Source of the DNA: Candidatus Methylomirabilota bacterium
Lineage (GTDB): Bacteria > Methylomirabilota > Methylomirabilia > Rokubacteriales > CSP1-6
Direction: 5' to 3'
DNA: 64,000 nt
NCBI GenBank assembly: GCA_046726415.1
Contig: JBKPAK010000015.1
Coordinates: 1-64,000 of the forward strand
Part shown: one piece after another, positions 11,233 to 20,530 of the stretch
Position numbering within the stretch: position 1 is the stretch's first letter
Layout of the letters: the number at the start of each line of letters is the position of its first letter
Translations under genes and position numbers: made by a program
The notes under the pieces: generated by a model
Database searches by the model: none
Told to the model about the DNA's origin: nothing
Seen by the model: only the letters and a program-made list of their open reading frames with translations

Positions 11233-12090
11233 ATGCTCTATGACTGGAGGCGCTATGTTCCCGTGGCCGTTCGCCGGCACGCCGCGTCCCGCGAGCTGGC
11301 CGGGCTCACGAAGAAGGGGCACTCGATTTCACCGGTGGTCGTGGAAGGCCGCGCCATCGCCCGCACCTTCTGGGGCAAGGCCTGGTGCGACAACCTGGAG
11401 CGATACAGCGACTTCGCCAACCGATTGCCGCGCGGACGCACGTACGTCCGCAACGGCTCGGTGATCCATCTGGAGATCGCGCCGGGCGACGTACAGGCCC
11501 TGGTGAGTGGGACAGATATCTACACGGTCACCGTCAAGGTCTCCTCCGTGGGGAGAAGCCGGTGGCGCGCCATCTGCCAGGACTGCACGGGCGCCATCGA
11601 CTCTCTCGTCGAGCTGCTGCAGGGGCGGTTCTCGCGCGGTGTGATGGAGCGCCTGTGTCGGGAGAAGACCGGCCTGTTCCCCTCACCGGCCGAGATCGAC
11701 TTCGACTGTAGCTGTCCGGACTGGGCCTCGATGTGCAAGCACGTCGCGGCCGTCCTCTATGGCGTGGGCGCTCGGCTCGACGAGCACCCCGAGCTGCTCT
11801 TCGCGCTGCGCCGGGCCGACGAGAGGGATCTGATCACCCAGGCCGGCGCCGAGGTGCCCCTCGCCGCTACGCAGCGGGCCCGTGGCAAGATCCTCGACGA
11901 CGCGAAACTCACCGAGATCTTCGGGATCGAGCTGGCTTCGATCCCGCCTCCGACTCCCGTTCGCGCCCGACGGAAAGTGCACGTGACGTCGCCGTCGGCG
12001 GAGGCCAGTCACCGGACGCGTACGACCTCCTCGCCTGGCCCCGCCTCGTTCCGGCGCCAACGCCGTCCGAGGAAGCCGCCGAAGGGTTGA
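11233..12090 (+). CDS. SWIM zinc-finger protein
   Basis: CSCPDWASMCKHVAAVLY (CxC..CxH); RLPRGRTYVRNGSV; 3 nt after the SNF2 stop. Confidence 0.88.
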   Translation: MLYDWRRYVPVAVRRHAASRELAGLTKKGHSISPVVVEGRAIARTFWGKAWCDNLERYSDFANRLPRGRTYVRNGSVIHLEIAPGDVQALVSGTDIYTVTVKVSSVGRSRWRAICQDCTGAIDSLVELLQGRFSRGVMERLCREKTGLFPSPAEIDFDCSCPDWASMCKHVAAVLYGVGARLDEHPELLFALRRADERDLITQAGAEVPLAATQRARGKILDDAKLTEIFGIELASIPPPTPVRARRKVHVTSPSAEASHRTRTTSSPGPASFRRQRRPRKPPKG

Positions 12091-12142
12091 CGACTACGCC
12101 CGCTCCCACGTCGGCGATCAGCGACATTGCCCACCTCGCTCA

Positions 12143-13189
12143 TCAATTCCCGGCCGAGGCTCCCTCCACGACGCGCCAGGCGGCGTTGGCGAGCGGGCGA
12201 GCTCGCGCGCCGCGCTCGCGGGCGTTGGGATCATTGGCGGTGCCGGCGATCACGCGCCCCATGATGCCCTGCGAGATAGCGGCGATCCGGAAGAGAGCGA
12301 AGGCGACGTAGAAGCGCCAGTCGGGAATCCCCGCGCGCCCAGTGCGCCGGCAATACGCGGCGAGGTACTCCTCCTCGGTGGGAATTCCTCGGACGTCGCT
12401 GTCGAGGCCGTAAAAGCCCTCGTCCATGTCTTGCAGGTAGTAGGGGATGCAGTTGTAGCCGAGGTCGCCCAGCGGATGGCCGAGCGTCGAAAGCTCCCAG
12501 TCGAGCACGGCCACCACGCGCGGCTCGGTCCGATGCACGATGAGGTTGCCGGGACGATAGTCGCCGTGGACGATCGTGGTCTCGTCTGCGGGCGGGATGT
12601 GGTCGGGCAGCCAGGTGATCAGCCGCTCCATCGACTCGATCTTCTCCGTCTCCGAGGCGCGGTACTGGGAGCTCCAGCGATGAATCTGCCGGGCGAAGTA
12701 GTTCCCGGGCCGCCCGAAGTCGGCGAGACCCAGCGCCGGCCAGTCCAGAGTGTGCAGCCGGGCCAGCACCGCGTTCATGTCGTCGTAGATGGCCCTTCGC
12801 TCGGCCGGGGTGACCCCAGGGAGCGTCGGTTCCACGAAGACGCGCCCGTGCACGCAGTCCATCAGGAAGAAGGCCGTCCCCACCACGCTCTCGTCGGCGC
12901 AGTAGACGTAGGTGCGCGGTACCGGCACCCCCGTCCCGGCCAGGGCCGTCATGATCCGGTACTCCCGGTCGACGGCGTGCGCGGAGGGCAGGAGCTTGCC
13001 CGGGGGCTTGCGGCGCAACACGTATTCGCGTCCGTCTGCTTCCAGGTAGTACGTCGGGTTCGACTGCCCACCCTGGAACTGGCGCACGGTGAGCGGCCCG
13101 CGGAAGCCCTCGAGGTGCTGCTCCAGATAGCGCGCCAGCGCGCCCTCATCGAACCGGTGCACGTCGCGCACAGGGACCGTTTCGATCAT
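12143..13189 (-). CDS. APH-family phosphotransferase (ACAD10/11 kinase domain, LvaA-like)
   Basis: GGQSNPTY, RRKPPGKLLPSAHAVDREYR, HGDYRPGN, VLDWELSTLGHPL. Confidence 0.9.
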   Translation of the reverse strand: MIETVPVRDVHRFDEGALARYLEQHLEGFRGPLTVRQFQGGQSNPTYYLEADGREYVLRRKPPGKLLPSAHAVDREYRIMTALAGTGVPVPRTYVYCADESVVGTAFFLMDCVHGRVFVEPTLPGVTPAERRAIYDDMNAVLARLHTLDWPALGLADFGRPGNYFARQIHRWSSQYRASETEKIESMERLITWLPDHIPPADETTIVHGDYRPGNLIVHRTEPRVVAVLDWELSTLGHPLGDLGYNCIPYYLQDMDEGFYGLDSDVRGIPTEEEYLAAYCRRTGRAGIPDWRFYVAFALFRIAAISQGIMGRVIAGTANDPNARERGARARPLANAAWRVVEGASAGN

Positions 13190-13311
13190 CGGGGAGTCCT
13201 CCTCGACCCCTGCGCGGCAGCATAGCTCAACCGCTCGACTCGCGCCGGCCGGGCCGCGGCAACGGGCGCCGAAGCGCCGATCACACTGGCGACGTCGAGT
13301 ACACTGGACCC

Positions 13312-14025
13312 GTGAACACTGTGCTCTTCGATCTCGATGACACCCTTCTCGACTACTCCGGCAGCGTCGAGGAAAGCTGGACGCATGCCGTTCAGATCTG
13401 CTGCACCGATGGCCGGGTGGAGCCCGCCGCGTTGATCGCCGCCCTGGTGGACTCGCGCCGCTGGTTCTGGGACGACCCCGGACGGCAGCGCCGTGAACGC
13501 ACCAACATGCTGCGCGCCTGGCAACTGATCGTCGCGCATGCCCTCGACAGCCTCCGGGCGCCCTGCCATGATTTGGTGGCGTCCGTGGCCGAGGAGTTCG
13601 CGAGCCATCGCCGGCAGGTGATGCAGCTTTTCCCGGATGCGCGGGCGACGCTCGACCACCTACGCGAGCAGGGAATCCCGCTGGGCCTCGTCACCAACGG
13701 CGACGCCAGCCAGCAGCGCTACAAGATCGAGCGCCACGATCTTGCGCGCTATTTCGACGTCATCGTCATCGAGGGGGAGTTCGGCGCGGGGAAACCGGAC
13801 GAGATCGTCTTTCGCCACGCCCTCGACACGCTGGGCGCGCAACCCTCCAACGCCTCAATGGTCGGAGATCACCTCGACAACGATGTGGCTGGCGCGCGGC
13901 GCGTGGGCATCCGCGCGGTATGGGTGGACCGCGCCGGGGCGGGCCTTCCGGCGGACACCCCCGTGCATCCCGATCACATCATCACGTCGCTGACAGAACT
14001 GACGAGCCTGACCGCGCGCACCTGA
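13312..14025 (+). CDS. HAD-superfamily hydrolase
   Basis: FDLDDTL motif I, VTNG motif II, GKPD, VGDHLDNDVAGA motif IV. Confidence 0.9.
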   Translation: MNTVLFDLDDTLLDYSGSVEESWTHAVQICCTDGRVEPAALIAALVDSRRWFWDDPGRQRRERTNMLRAWQLIVAHALDSLRAPCHDLVASVAEEFASHRRQVMQLFPDARATLDHLREQGIPLGLVTNGDASQQRYKIERHDLARYFDVIVIEGEFGAGKPDEIVFRHALDTLGAQPSNASMVGDHLDNDVAGARRVGIRAVWVDRAGAGLPADTPVHPDHIITSLTELTSLTART

Positions 14026-14144
14026 GCGGCTCGGTCCGCATCAGGCGGGTTGCTGGCCTTCACCGCCCTCGTCGTCCACGATGCTGCCCTCCAACACCCC
14101 ACCGCCCCGCTGTGCTGCCGGCCGTTCCAGCCGAATACCCGATA

Positions 14145-14462
14145 GTGCTGCGCGAGCTGAAGGCCGATGCCGATCTCCGCGACATCGCGGTGCTGATGAT
14201 CTCGGCCCTCGATGAGATGGACACGGTCATCCGCTGCTTCGAGCTGGGCGCAGAAGACTACCTGGCCAAGCCGTTCGACGCCGTCCTCCTTCGCGCGCGG
14301 GTCGGCGCCTCACTCGAAAAGAAGCGGCTGCGCGATCAGCAGGCCCGGCACGTCCACGAGCTGGCCGAATGGAACCGGCTCCTCGAGCAGCGCGTCCAGG
14401 AACAAGAGGCCCAGATGGAGCGCCTCGGCCGGCTGAAGCGATTCTTCTCGCCCCAGGTGGCA
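14145..14462 (+). pseudogene. Internal fragment of a receiver-domain/adenylate cyclase gene
   Basis: C-terminal half of a REC domain (MISALDE..GAEDYLAKPFD), coiled coil and LKRFFSPQVA cyclase linker; no REC N-terminus, no cyclase domain. Confidence 0.7.
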
Positions 14463-14526
14463 CTCCCAGTCTTAGGAGCCGTCGAAGAATCAAAGGGGCC
14501 CCGTGAGGCGTGACGAGCGGGGGCTT

Positions 14527-14562
14527 GGGGGGCCCTGTCGAGGCCCCCCGTCTCCCTAGTAC
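14527..14562 (+). repeat. REP-like hairpin, copy 2
   Basis: GGGGGGCC-N7-GGCCCCCC perfect 8-bp stem followed by GTCTCCCTAGTAC; shared with 2580-2603. Confidence 0.5.
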
Positions 14563-14718
14563 ACTAAACGGGCGCCGTCCGACCATCAGCCCCAAGCGTC
14601 AGGGAGGCTACCATTCGCGGAGAGCAGGGGATCCCGGTAGGCGCCGACATCGCGGGCGCCTTCGCGCGCGACGCGCTCGCGGATCTCGCTCGGGTCGTGA
14701 GGCGACGGCCGGCCGGCC

Positions 14719-15252
14719 ATGTCTGACAGTTCGCCTGGCGACTTCGAGCGGGAAACGCTTGGCCTGCTCGACCCGCTCTACCGCTTTGCTCGATGGCTCA
14801 CCGGGACCGATGCCGATGCCCGCGATCTGGTGCAGGACGCGCTCCTCCTCGCCCTGCGCTCGCGCGAGCAGTTCGCGCCGGGAACAAATCTACGGGCTTG
14901 GCTCTTTCGAATAGCGCGGAATCGGTATCTGGATCTGCGGCACCGGAAGCGCCGCGAACGGGTGGCCGGCCGTGACGTCGCCGAGCCCGGCGAGCAGGCC
15001 GACGATGCGACGCCGTTTTTCGGCGATCAGGAACTTGGACGGATCCAGGGTCTCGTGCGCGGCGACATCACCCGCGCCCTCACGGAGTTGCCGGAGCCGT
15101 ACCGAACGGCAATCGTGCTCGCCGACGTGGAGGGCTGGACGTGGGAAGAGGTCGCGGCGATTCTCAGTGTGCCCATCGGCACCGTGCAGTCCCGCGTCTT
15201 CCGCGGTCGGCGCGCGCTGCGGATTCTCCTGAAGGACTATGCCCCCCGATGA
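14719..15252 (+). CDS. ECF RNA polymerase sigma factor
   Basis: Region 2 DARDLVQDALL..LRAWLFRIARN; region 4 LPEPYRTAIVL..PIGTVQSRVFRGR. Confidence 0.92.
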   Translation: MSDSSPGDFERETLGLLDPLYRFARWLTGTDADARDLVQDALLLALRSREQFAPGTNLRAWLFRIARNRYLDLRHRKRRERVAGRDVAEPGEQADDATPFFGDQELGRIQGLVRGDITRALTELPEPYRTAIVLADVEGWTWEEVAAILSVPIGTVQSRVFRGRRALRILLKDYAPR

Positions 15253-15259
15253 GACGGCC

Positions 15260-16093
15260 ATGACGGACGACTGCGCCAACGTCCGCTTTCGCCTCATGCT
15301 CCTGCGCCGGGGCGAACTCGACCCCGCCGAGGCAGAGGCCGTGCTCGCGCATCTGGCGCATTGCCGGGACTGCACGGCCGAGCTGGAGGCCGAGCGCGAG
15401 CTGGACCGCCGGCTGGCCGACGCCAAGCTGGCGTGGAGTGCCCCTCCGGCGCTGAGAAACGCGGCGGCTGACCTCGTGGCGCGCGAAGGCGAGTCCCCAC
15501 GGCGGCGGTGGAGGCGCGCCGCGGGCCGTCTCGTGCGGCGCCCGCTCGTGGCCGCGGCCCTGGGCGCCGCCGCCACCTTGCTCGTGGTGATCGCGGCGAC
15601 CTTGGTCGCTTCGCGCGCGCGTCAGCCCGACCCACTGGCCGTGCCGCTGGCCGAGGTGGTCGCGGGCTACCGCCGTTGCGCCCTGGAGCAACAAATCGTA
15701 CGGCCGGGGCCGGACGACCTGAACCGGATCCTGATCGAGCTGCAGCAACGCCTGGGCGTTCCCACCACCACCGCGTTCCGCGGCGATGCGGACCTGACCC
15801 TGGTCGCGGTCGACCCGACGTACGCTCTGTCGCGCCCGGGCGCGATCCTCGTGTTCCAAGACCGCCAGGGACAGATCGTCACGTTGCAGATCGTCCGGGC
15901 GCCCGAGGTGCAGATCCCTCGGGAGCGCGGGACTCCGGTAGGAAGGTTCCGCCCGATCATCACTCGCCAGCAAGATCTCTCCACCGCGTTGTGGAAGCAG
16001 GGCAACGCCGTCTACGCCCTGTCGGCACCGGTGGACGAGGCCGCGATGGCCCGCATCTACCTGACGGTTCGTCTGGGCACCAGCAACCCTTAG
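15260..16093 (+). CDS. Zinc-binding (zf-HC2/ZAS) transmembrane anti-sigma factor
   Basis: HLAHCRDC (HxxxCxxC), one TM helix, directly after the ECF sigma; alternative start 15239. Confidence 0.85.
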   Translation: MTDDCANVRFRLMLLRRGELDPAEAEAVLAHLAHCRDCTAELEAERELDRRLADAKLAWSAPPALRNAAADLVAREGESPRRRWRRAAGRLVRRPLVAAALGAAATLLVVIAATLVASRARQPDPLAVPLAEVVAGYRRCALEQQIVRPGPDDLNRILIELQQRLGVPTTTAFRGDADLTLVAVDPTYALSRPGAILVFQDRQGQIVTLQIVRAPEVQIPRERGTPVGRFRPIITRQQDLSTALWKQGNAVYALSAPVDEAAMARIYLTVRLGTSNP

Positions 16094-16094
16094 G

Positions 16095-16114
16095 GGGCTG
16101 CTGAAAAGCAGCCC
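16095..16114. terminator. Hairpin between convergent genes
   Basis: GGGCTGCT-GAAA-AGCAGCCC 8-bp stem; no U-tract, so intrinsic termination is uncertain. Confidence 0.35.
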
Positions 16115-16136
16115 GCAGTCCACCGCTTCGCGCGGC

Positions 16137-16562
16137 TCATTCGACGAGGTGGCTATGGATGCTGATCTCAGAGGACAGGGTCTGGTGGACCGGACACCGC
16201 TCGGCGATCTCTAGGAGCCGCGCTCGCTGCTCGTCGGTCAGGGCGCCCCGGAGGGTGATCTCGCGCTCGATCCGGTCGAGCTTGCCCTCCTTGGTCTCGC
16301 ACTCGGCGCAGTCTGCCGCATGGATCTTCGAGTGCTGCAGGCGAACCTCCACGCCCTCCAGGAGCCACTGCTTGCGCCGTGCGTACATCGCGATGGTCAT
16401 GGACGTGCACGCGCCGAGTGCGGCCAGGAGGAAGTCGTAGGGGGACGGGCCGTGGTCGGCGCCGCCGGCAGACGCCGGCTCGTCCGCCTGCAGCCGATGT
16501 TGTCCGGCCTCGATCTCCTGGGTAAATCCCCTCGCGCCGCCGCGAACGATGACCGTAGCCAT
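16137..16562 (-). CDS. OsmC/Ohr-family protein
   Basis: [34 protein letters not shown]. Confidence 0.9.
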   Translation of the reverse strand: MATVIVRGGARGFTQEIEAGQHRLQADEPASAGGADHGPSPYDFLLAALGACTSMTIAMYARRKQWLLEGVEVRLQHSKIHAADCAECETKEGKLDRIEREITLRGALTDEQRARLLEIAERCPVHQTLSSEISIHSHLVE

Positions 16563-16620
16563 GGCCGTGCCCTCGTGTGGCCGCGGCCGCCCGGGCAATT
16601 GCGGCGGCCGCGGCTCCGGA

Positions 16621-17604
16621 TCAGCGCAGCAAGTCCAGGAGTTCGGGGACGACCGCCCGCGGACGGTCGCTGGCGGCCACTCGCTGGATATTGTCGAAGG
16701 CGTTGCGGAAAGCTTTCGCCCAGTTCTCCCAGGTCGGCCCCGCGGTGTGGGGGGTGATGGTGACGTTCTCCAGCTTGAAGAGCGGGTGATTCGCCTTGGG
16801 CGGCTCCTCCACCATCACATCGAGCCCGGCCGCCACGATTTTCTTTCCGGTCAGCGCCTTGTACAGAGCGTCCTCATCCACCACCGGCCCCCGGCACGTG
16901 TTGATGAAGAGGGCCGTCGGCTTCATGAGCGAGAACTCGCGCGCTCCCATCATGCCGCGCGTGCGATCGGTGAGCGGCACGTGCACGGTGACGATGTCCG
17001 AGGTGCGCAAGAGTTCCTCGAAGAGCGCGAAACGCACGCCGAGGGTGTCCTCATGGTCTTCGGTCAGGCGCACGATGTCGTAGTACTGTACCCGCATGTC
17101 GAAGCCCTGCGCCCGGCGCGCCACTTTCTTGCCGATGTTGCCGAGCCCCACGATGCCCAGCGTCTTTCCCGATACTTCGTAGAGCCGGGTCTCGGCGAAG
17201 TCCCCGACGCGCCACTTGCCGGCCACGACGTTGTTGTGCTGCCACACCAGCTTCTTGGCCACGGCCAGGATGAGCATGAGTGTGTGCTCGGCCACCGCCA
17301 CCGAGTTGGCGCCGTTGTTGTTGGACACCGGGACCTTGGCCGCCCGGCACGCCTCGAGGTCGATGCGGTCATAGCCGGCGCTGATGAGCTGAATCAGCTT
17401 CAGCCTGGGCGCGGCGCGGTAGAACTCCGGGCCCATGCCGCCGCGGGCGAAACCCAGAAAGAAATCGGCATCGAGCATGGCGGTGGCGAATTTCGGGCTG
17501 CTCTGGTCTACGATCTCTAGCTCGAAGCCCGCCGGCAGCATGGTGCGCGCGGTCTCGATGATGGGATCGGGCATCTTGGGGGACATCACGATCTTGTGGG
17601 ACAC
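16621..17604 (-). CDS. D-isomer-specific 2-hydroxyacid dehydrogenase
   Basis: GTG with [35 protein letters not shown]. Confidence 0.9.
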   Translation of the reverse strand: MSHKIVMSPKMPDPIIETARTMLPAGFELEIVDQSSPKFATAMLDADFFLGFARGGMGPEFYRAAPRLKLIQLISAGYDRIDLEACRAAKVPVSNNNGANSVAVAEHTLMLILAVAKKLVWQHNNVVAGKWRVGDFAETRLYEVSGKTLGIVGLGNIGKKVARRAQGFDMRVQYYDIVRLTEDHEDTLGVRFALFEELLRTSDIVTVHVPLTDRTRGMMGAREFSLMKPTALFINTCRGPVVDEDALYKALTGKKIVAAGLDVMVEEPPKANHPLFKLENVTITPHTAGPTWENWAKAFRNAFDNIQRVAASDRPRAVVPELLDLLR

Positions 17605-17640
17605 GATGCGCTCCTTTCTTATGTTCGCCGGGAGTGGTCT

Positions 17641-17764
17641 TGTGCTCGCCGCCCACGGGGGACCGCAGCCCCGCGATGTCCAGCGGCTCGCACGGCCTGT
17701 TCTTCTGTTCGCCTCGGATGGCGGGGACCCGTGCCCCGAGGCATCCCGCGGCCGCACGGCCTGT
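17641..17764 (+). repeat. Two degenerate tandem copies of a ~60-bp intergenic repeat family
   Basis: Units 17641-17700 and 17704-17764 share TG(C/T)TCGCC..GGGAC..GCCCCG..GCACGGCCTGT and align with 22120-22241. Confidence 0.6.
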
Positions 17765-17766
17765 GA

Positions 17767-18882
17767 CTAAGCGTCGCGCTGGCCCATGGGCCCCAGGACG
17801 GCGTTCGATATCACGTTGCGCAACGTCTGCACGGTGCCGCCCGCGATCGTGAACATGCGCGCATCGCGCACCATGCGCTCCAGTGGCATCTCGCGCGAGT
17901 AGCCGGTGGCCCCGAAGATCTGCAAGGCGTCGTTCGTGACTTTCAGGGCCACCTCGCTCGCCATCACTTTACACATGGCGGTCTCGGTCACATCGGGAAG
18001 CCCGTGGCCGGCATTCGTTGCTGTGCGGTAGATCATCTGGCGCACGGACTCGATCTGCATGGCCATGTCGGCGATCAGCCAGCGCAGTCCCTGGAAGCGC
18101 CCGATGGGGCGCCCGAACTGCTCCCGCTCTCCCGCGTATTTGACCGCCAGCTCGAAGGCACCCTGAGCGAGACCGAGGGCCACGGTGGCGGCGCCGAGGC
18201 GCTGACCGTTGTAGGCGGCCATCAGCCGCTTGAATCCGCCCGCCTTGACGATGAGGTTGGCGCCCGGCACCCGGCAACCCTCGAAGACCATCTCTCCCTC
18301 AGGAATGCCGCGCATGCCCATGGCCTTTTCGCGCTTGACGACCTTGAGTCCGGGCATGCTCGCTTCTGCGATGACCGCCCCGATACCCGCCGCCCCGGCA
18401 ATCCCCTCGAAGCGGCCAAAGACCACGTACGTCTGGGACACCCCGGCGCCAGTGATCCAGCGCTTCGTGCCGTTCACGACCCAATCATCGCCCTCGGGCT
18501 CGATGGAGGTCTCCATGTCGGAGGCGGCCGACCCGGCCCGATGCTCGGTGATGGCGATCGCCGGCTTGTCCCCCTGGACGACCTTCGTCAGGTACTTCCG
18601 CTTCTGATCCTCGGTGCCGTAGTGGACGATGCAGCCCACTGGCCCGAGGTTGGAGTCGACCAGGAGCCGGCCCGTGATGCCGCACGTGCGCGCCACCGCT
18701 TCGATGGCCAGGATCACGTCGAGCAGGGGACGCCCCTGGCCTCCGTACGCGCGCGGAATGGCCATCCCCATGAGCCCTTCCTGCACGAGCCGCTTGACGT
18801 TGTCCCACGGGTACTCTTCGCGCTCGTCCCAGCCCGCCGCGCGCTCGCGGAACTCGCCGTCGGCCAGGGCGCGGGCGCGCAT
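17767..18882 (-). CDS. Acyl-CoA dehydrogenase-fold enzyme, 3-sulfinopropionyl-CoA desulfinase-like (N-terminus appears frameshifted)
   Basis: YPWDNV, GRLLVDSNLG, GDKPAI, AGSAAS, YNGQR, RMFTIAGGT; natural N-terminus KFPLTAEQLELK lies in another frame up to 18920. Confidence 0.8.
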   Translation of the reverse strand: MRARALADGEFRERAAGWDEREEYPWDNVKRLVQEGLMGMAIPRAYGGQGRPLLDVILAIEAVARTCGITGRLLVDSNLGPVGCIVHYGTEDQKRKYLTKVVQGDKPAIAITEHRAGSAASDMETSIEPEGDDWVVNGTKRWITGAGVSQTYVVFGRFEGIAGAAGIGAVIAEASMPGLKVVKREKAMGMRGIPEGEMVFEGCRVPGANLIVKAGGFKRLMAAYNGQRLGAATVALGLAQGAFELAVKYAGEREQFGRPIGRFQGLRWLIADMAMQIESVRQMIYRTATNAGHGLPDVTETAMCKVMASEVALKVTNDALQIFGATGYSREMPLERMVRDARMFTIAGGTVQTLRNVISNAVLGPMGQRDA

Positions 18883-19031
18883 TTGAGTTCGAGCTGCTCC
18901 GCCGTCAACGGAAACTTCAGATCCCCCTCCGCACGTCAGAATCGTCGGCCAGGCCAGTCGACTGTTGTACGCGCCTTCAGAAAAGTCAAGGGCACCACCC
19001 ACCGGTTGAGCGATCGTGACCGCCAGAACCA

Positions 19032-19070
19032 GTCGTGCGAGCCGCAGGACGTCGCGGGGCGGAGCTCCCG
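19032..19070 (-). repeat. Inverted partial copy of the ~60-bp repeat family
   Basis: 33/39 identical to the reverse complement of 22141-22179. Confidence 0.65.
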
Positions 19071-19108
19071 AACGAGACTGAGAATGATCCACTCCGATCA
19101 CTTCCGCC

Positions 19109-19436
19109 ATGGCCGCGCCTAGCCAGGACGGGTCGCGACTTCCCGTCACCGGCGCGCTGGCGGTGCTCCTGGTGCTCGCCGGCGCCCTCCTCATCACCCA
19201 GTTCCCCCTCGTCGGCTCCCGGCGGGAAAGTCCCGAGAAGATCCAGTCCCGCATGATCGGCCTTCAAGATACCGATGCGCGACTGTGGCAGGATCCGTTC
19301 GCCGCCGCCGATCAGCACGAGGAGCGCGAGAAGAATTGGCCCCCTGCTGAAACAGGAGTTCGTGCTCGCCCTGTTGGTGCCCCTCAGCGGCGCCGGGGGG
19401 ATCGCGCTGCTAGAGTACGTGATTCTGGGCCGCTGA
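19109..19436 (+). pseudogene. Internally deleted remnant of a membrane protein gene
   Basis: N-terminal TM plus DARLWQDPF, frame change near 19337, then hydrophobic tail LALLVPLSGAGGIALLEYVILGR*. Confidence 0.5.
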
Positions 19437-19471
19437 GACGGGCGAGCCTCAGGAGCCCTCGCGTGAGTCGG

Positions 19472-20530
19472 CTATCGCGCGGTGAGATCCGTCCAGAGCT
19501 GGTCCGCACCGCGCGAGGCGACGTGGCGGCCCAGCTCGACTGCCCAATGGCTCTCCGCCCCAAACTCCGCGCGCCACGACCACAGGCGCCGTGTCGCGAA
19601 GTGCAAACTGTGCTCGTAGGTGAATCCGATGGCGCCGTGGACCTGGTGCGCGATGCCGGCGCCGATGCCCGCCGCCTCCCCAACCCGCACCTTGGCTGCC
19701 GCCACTTCGAACGTCGGGTCGCCCCGTTCGGCCGCGCGGCAGGCATGCGCAGCAGCCAGGCCGGCGGTGGCAGCGTGCCCCGCCAGCACGGCAAGCTGAT
19801 GCTGGATGGCCTGGAAGGCGCCGATGGCTCGGCCGAACTGCTTGCGCTCGGTCGCGTAGCGGACGGCCTGCGCCAGGATCGACTCCAGCGCCCCCGCCAT
19901 TTGCGCCGAGCGGGCCAGCGCGCCGTAGACCCATACCGCGCGAGGGGGCAAACCGGCCGCGGCCGGGGCCGCCGCCTCCACCGGAGTGCCCTCGAACTCG
20001 AGCGTGTCGCGCGGCTCCTGCGCGACGTTCCGATCTTCGGTGACCCGGGCGCGCCCGCCGGCCACGCGGGCGATCATCGCGCGGTCATCGACCTCGCTGG
20101 CGAATACGATCTGGCCGGCCGCCGCCCCCCACGGCACGCGAGCGACTCTTCCGGTGACGCGCCAGCCGCGATCGGCGCGCTCGAGGCGCAACCGCTCGCC
20201 GGCCTGGACGGGCGCGATGGTCAGTGGCCCGTCGGGCACGTCGAGTCCCGCCCCGGCCAGGAGCCACCCCGCGATGATGGTCTCGGCGAGCGGCACTGGC
20301 ACGGCGTGCCGTCCCATAAGTTCGAGGATGACGTGGGCGTCCCGCCATCCGAGACCGGCCCCGCCTCTCTCCTCCGGCACCAGGGGCCGGGTGAGTCCGT
20401 TCTCCTCGAGAGCGCGCCAGAGATCCCCGGGCCAGGCGCCGCGCTCCACCGACTCGATGAGTTCCTTGCTCACGAGGTCCGCGAAGATCCGCGTGACGGT
20501 GTCGGACAGGAGCGCCCGTGTCTCGTTCAT
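19472..20530 (-). CDS. Acyl-CoA dehydrogenase family, short (probable non-catalytic) subunit
   Basis: RKQFGRAIGAFQAIQHQLA, AHQVHGAIGFTYEH; 352 aa; ATGA overlap with the upstream ACAD. Confidence 0.88.
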   Translation of the reverse strand: MNETRALLSDTVTRIFADLVSKELIESVERGAWPGDLWRALEENGLTRPLVPEERGGAGLGWRDAHVILELMGRHAVPVPLAETIIAGWLLAGAGLDVPDGPLTIAPVQAGERLRLERADRGWRVTGRVARVPWGAAAGQIVFASEVDDRAMIARVAGGRARVTEDRNVAQEPRDTLEFEGTPVEAAAPAAAGLPPRAVWVYGALARSAQMAGALESILAQAVRYATERKQFGRAIGAFQAIQHQLAVLAGHAATAGLAAAHACRAAERGDPTFEVAAAKVRVGEAAGIGAGIAHQVHGAIGFTYEHSLHFATRRLWSWRAEFGAESHWAVELGRHVASRGADQLWTDLTAR

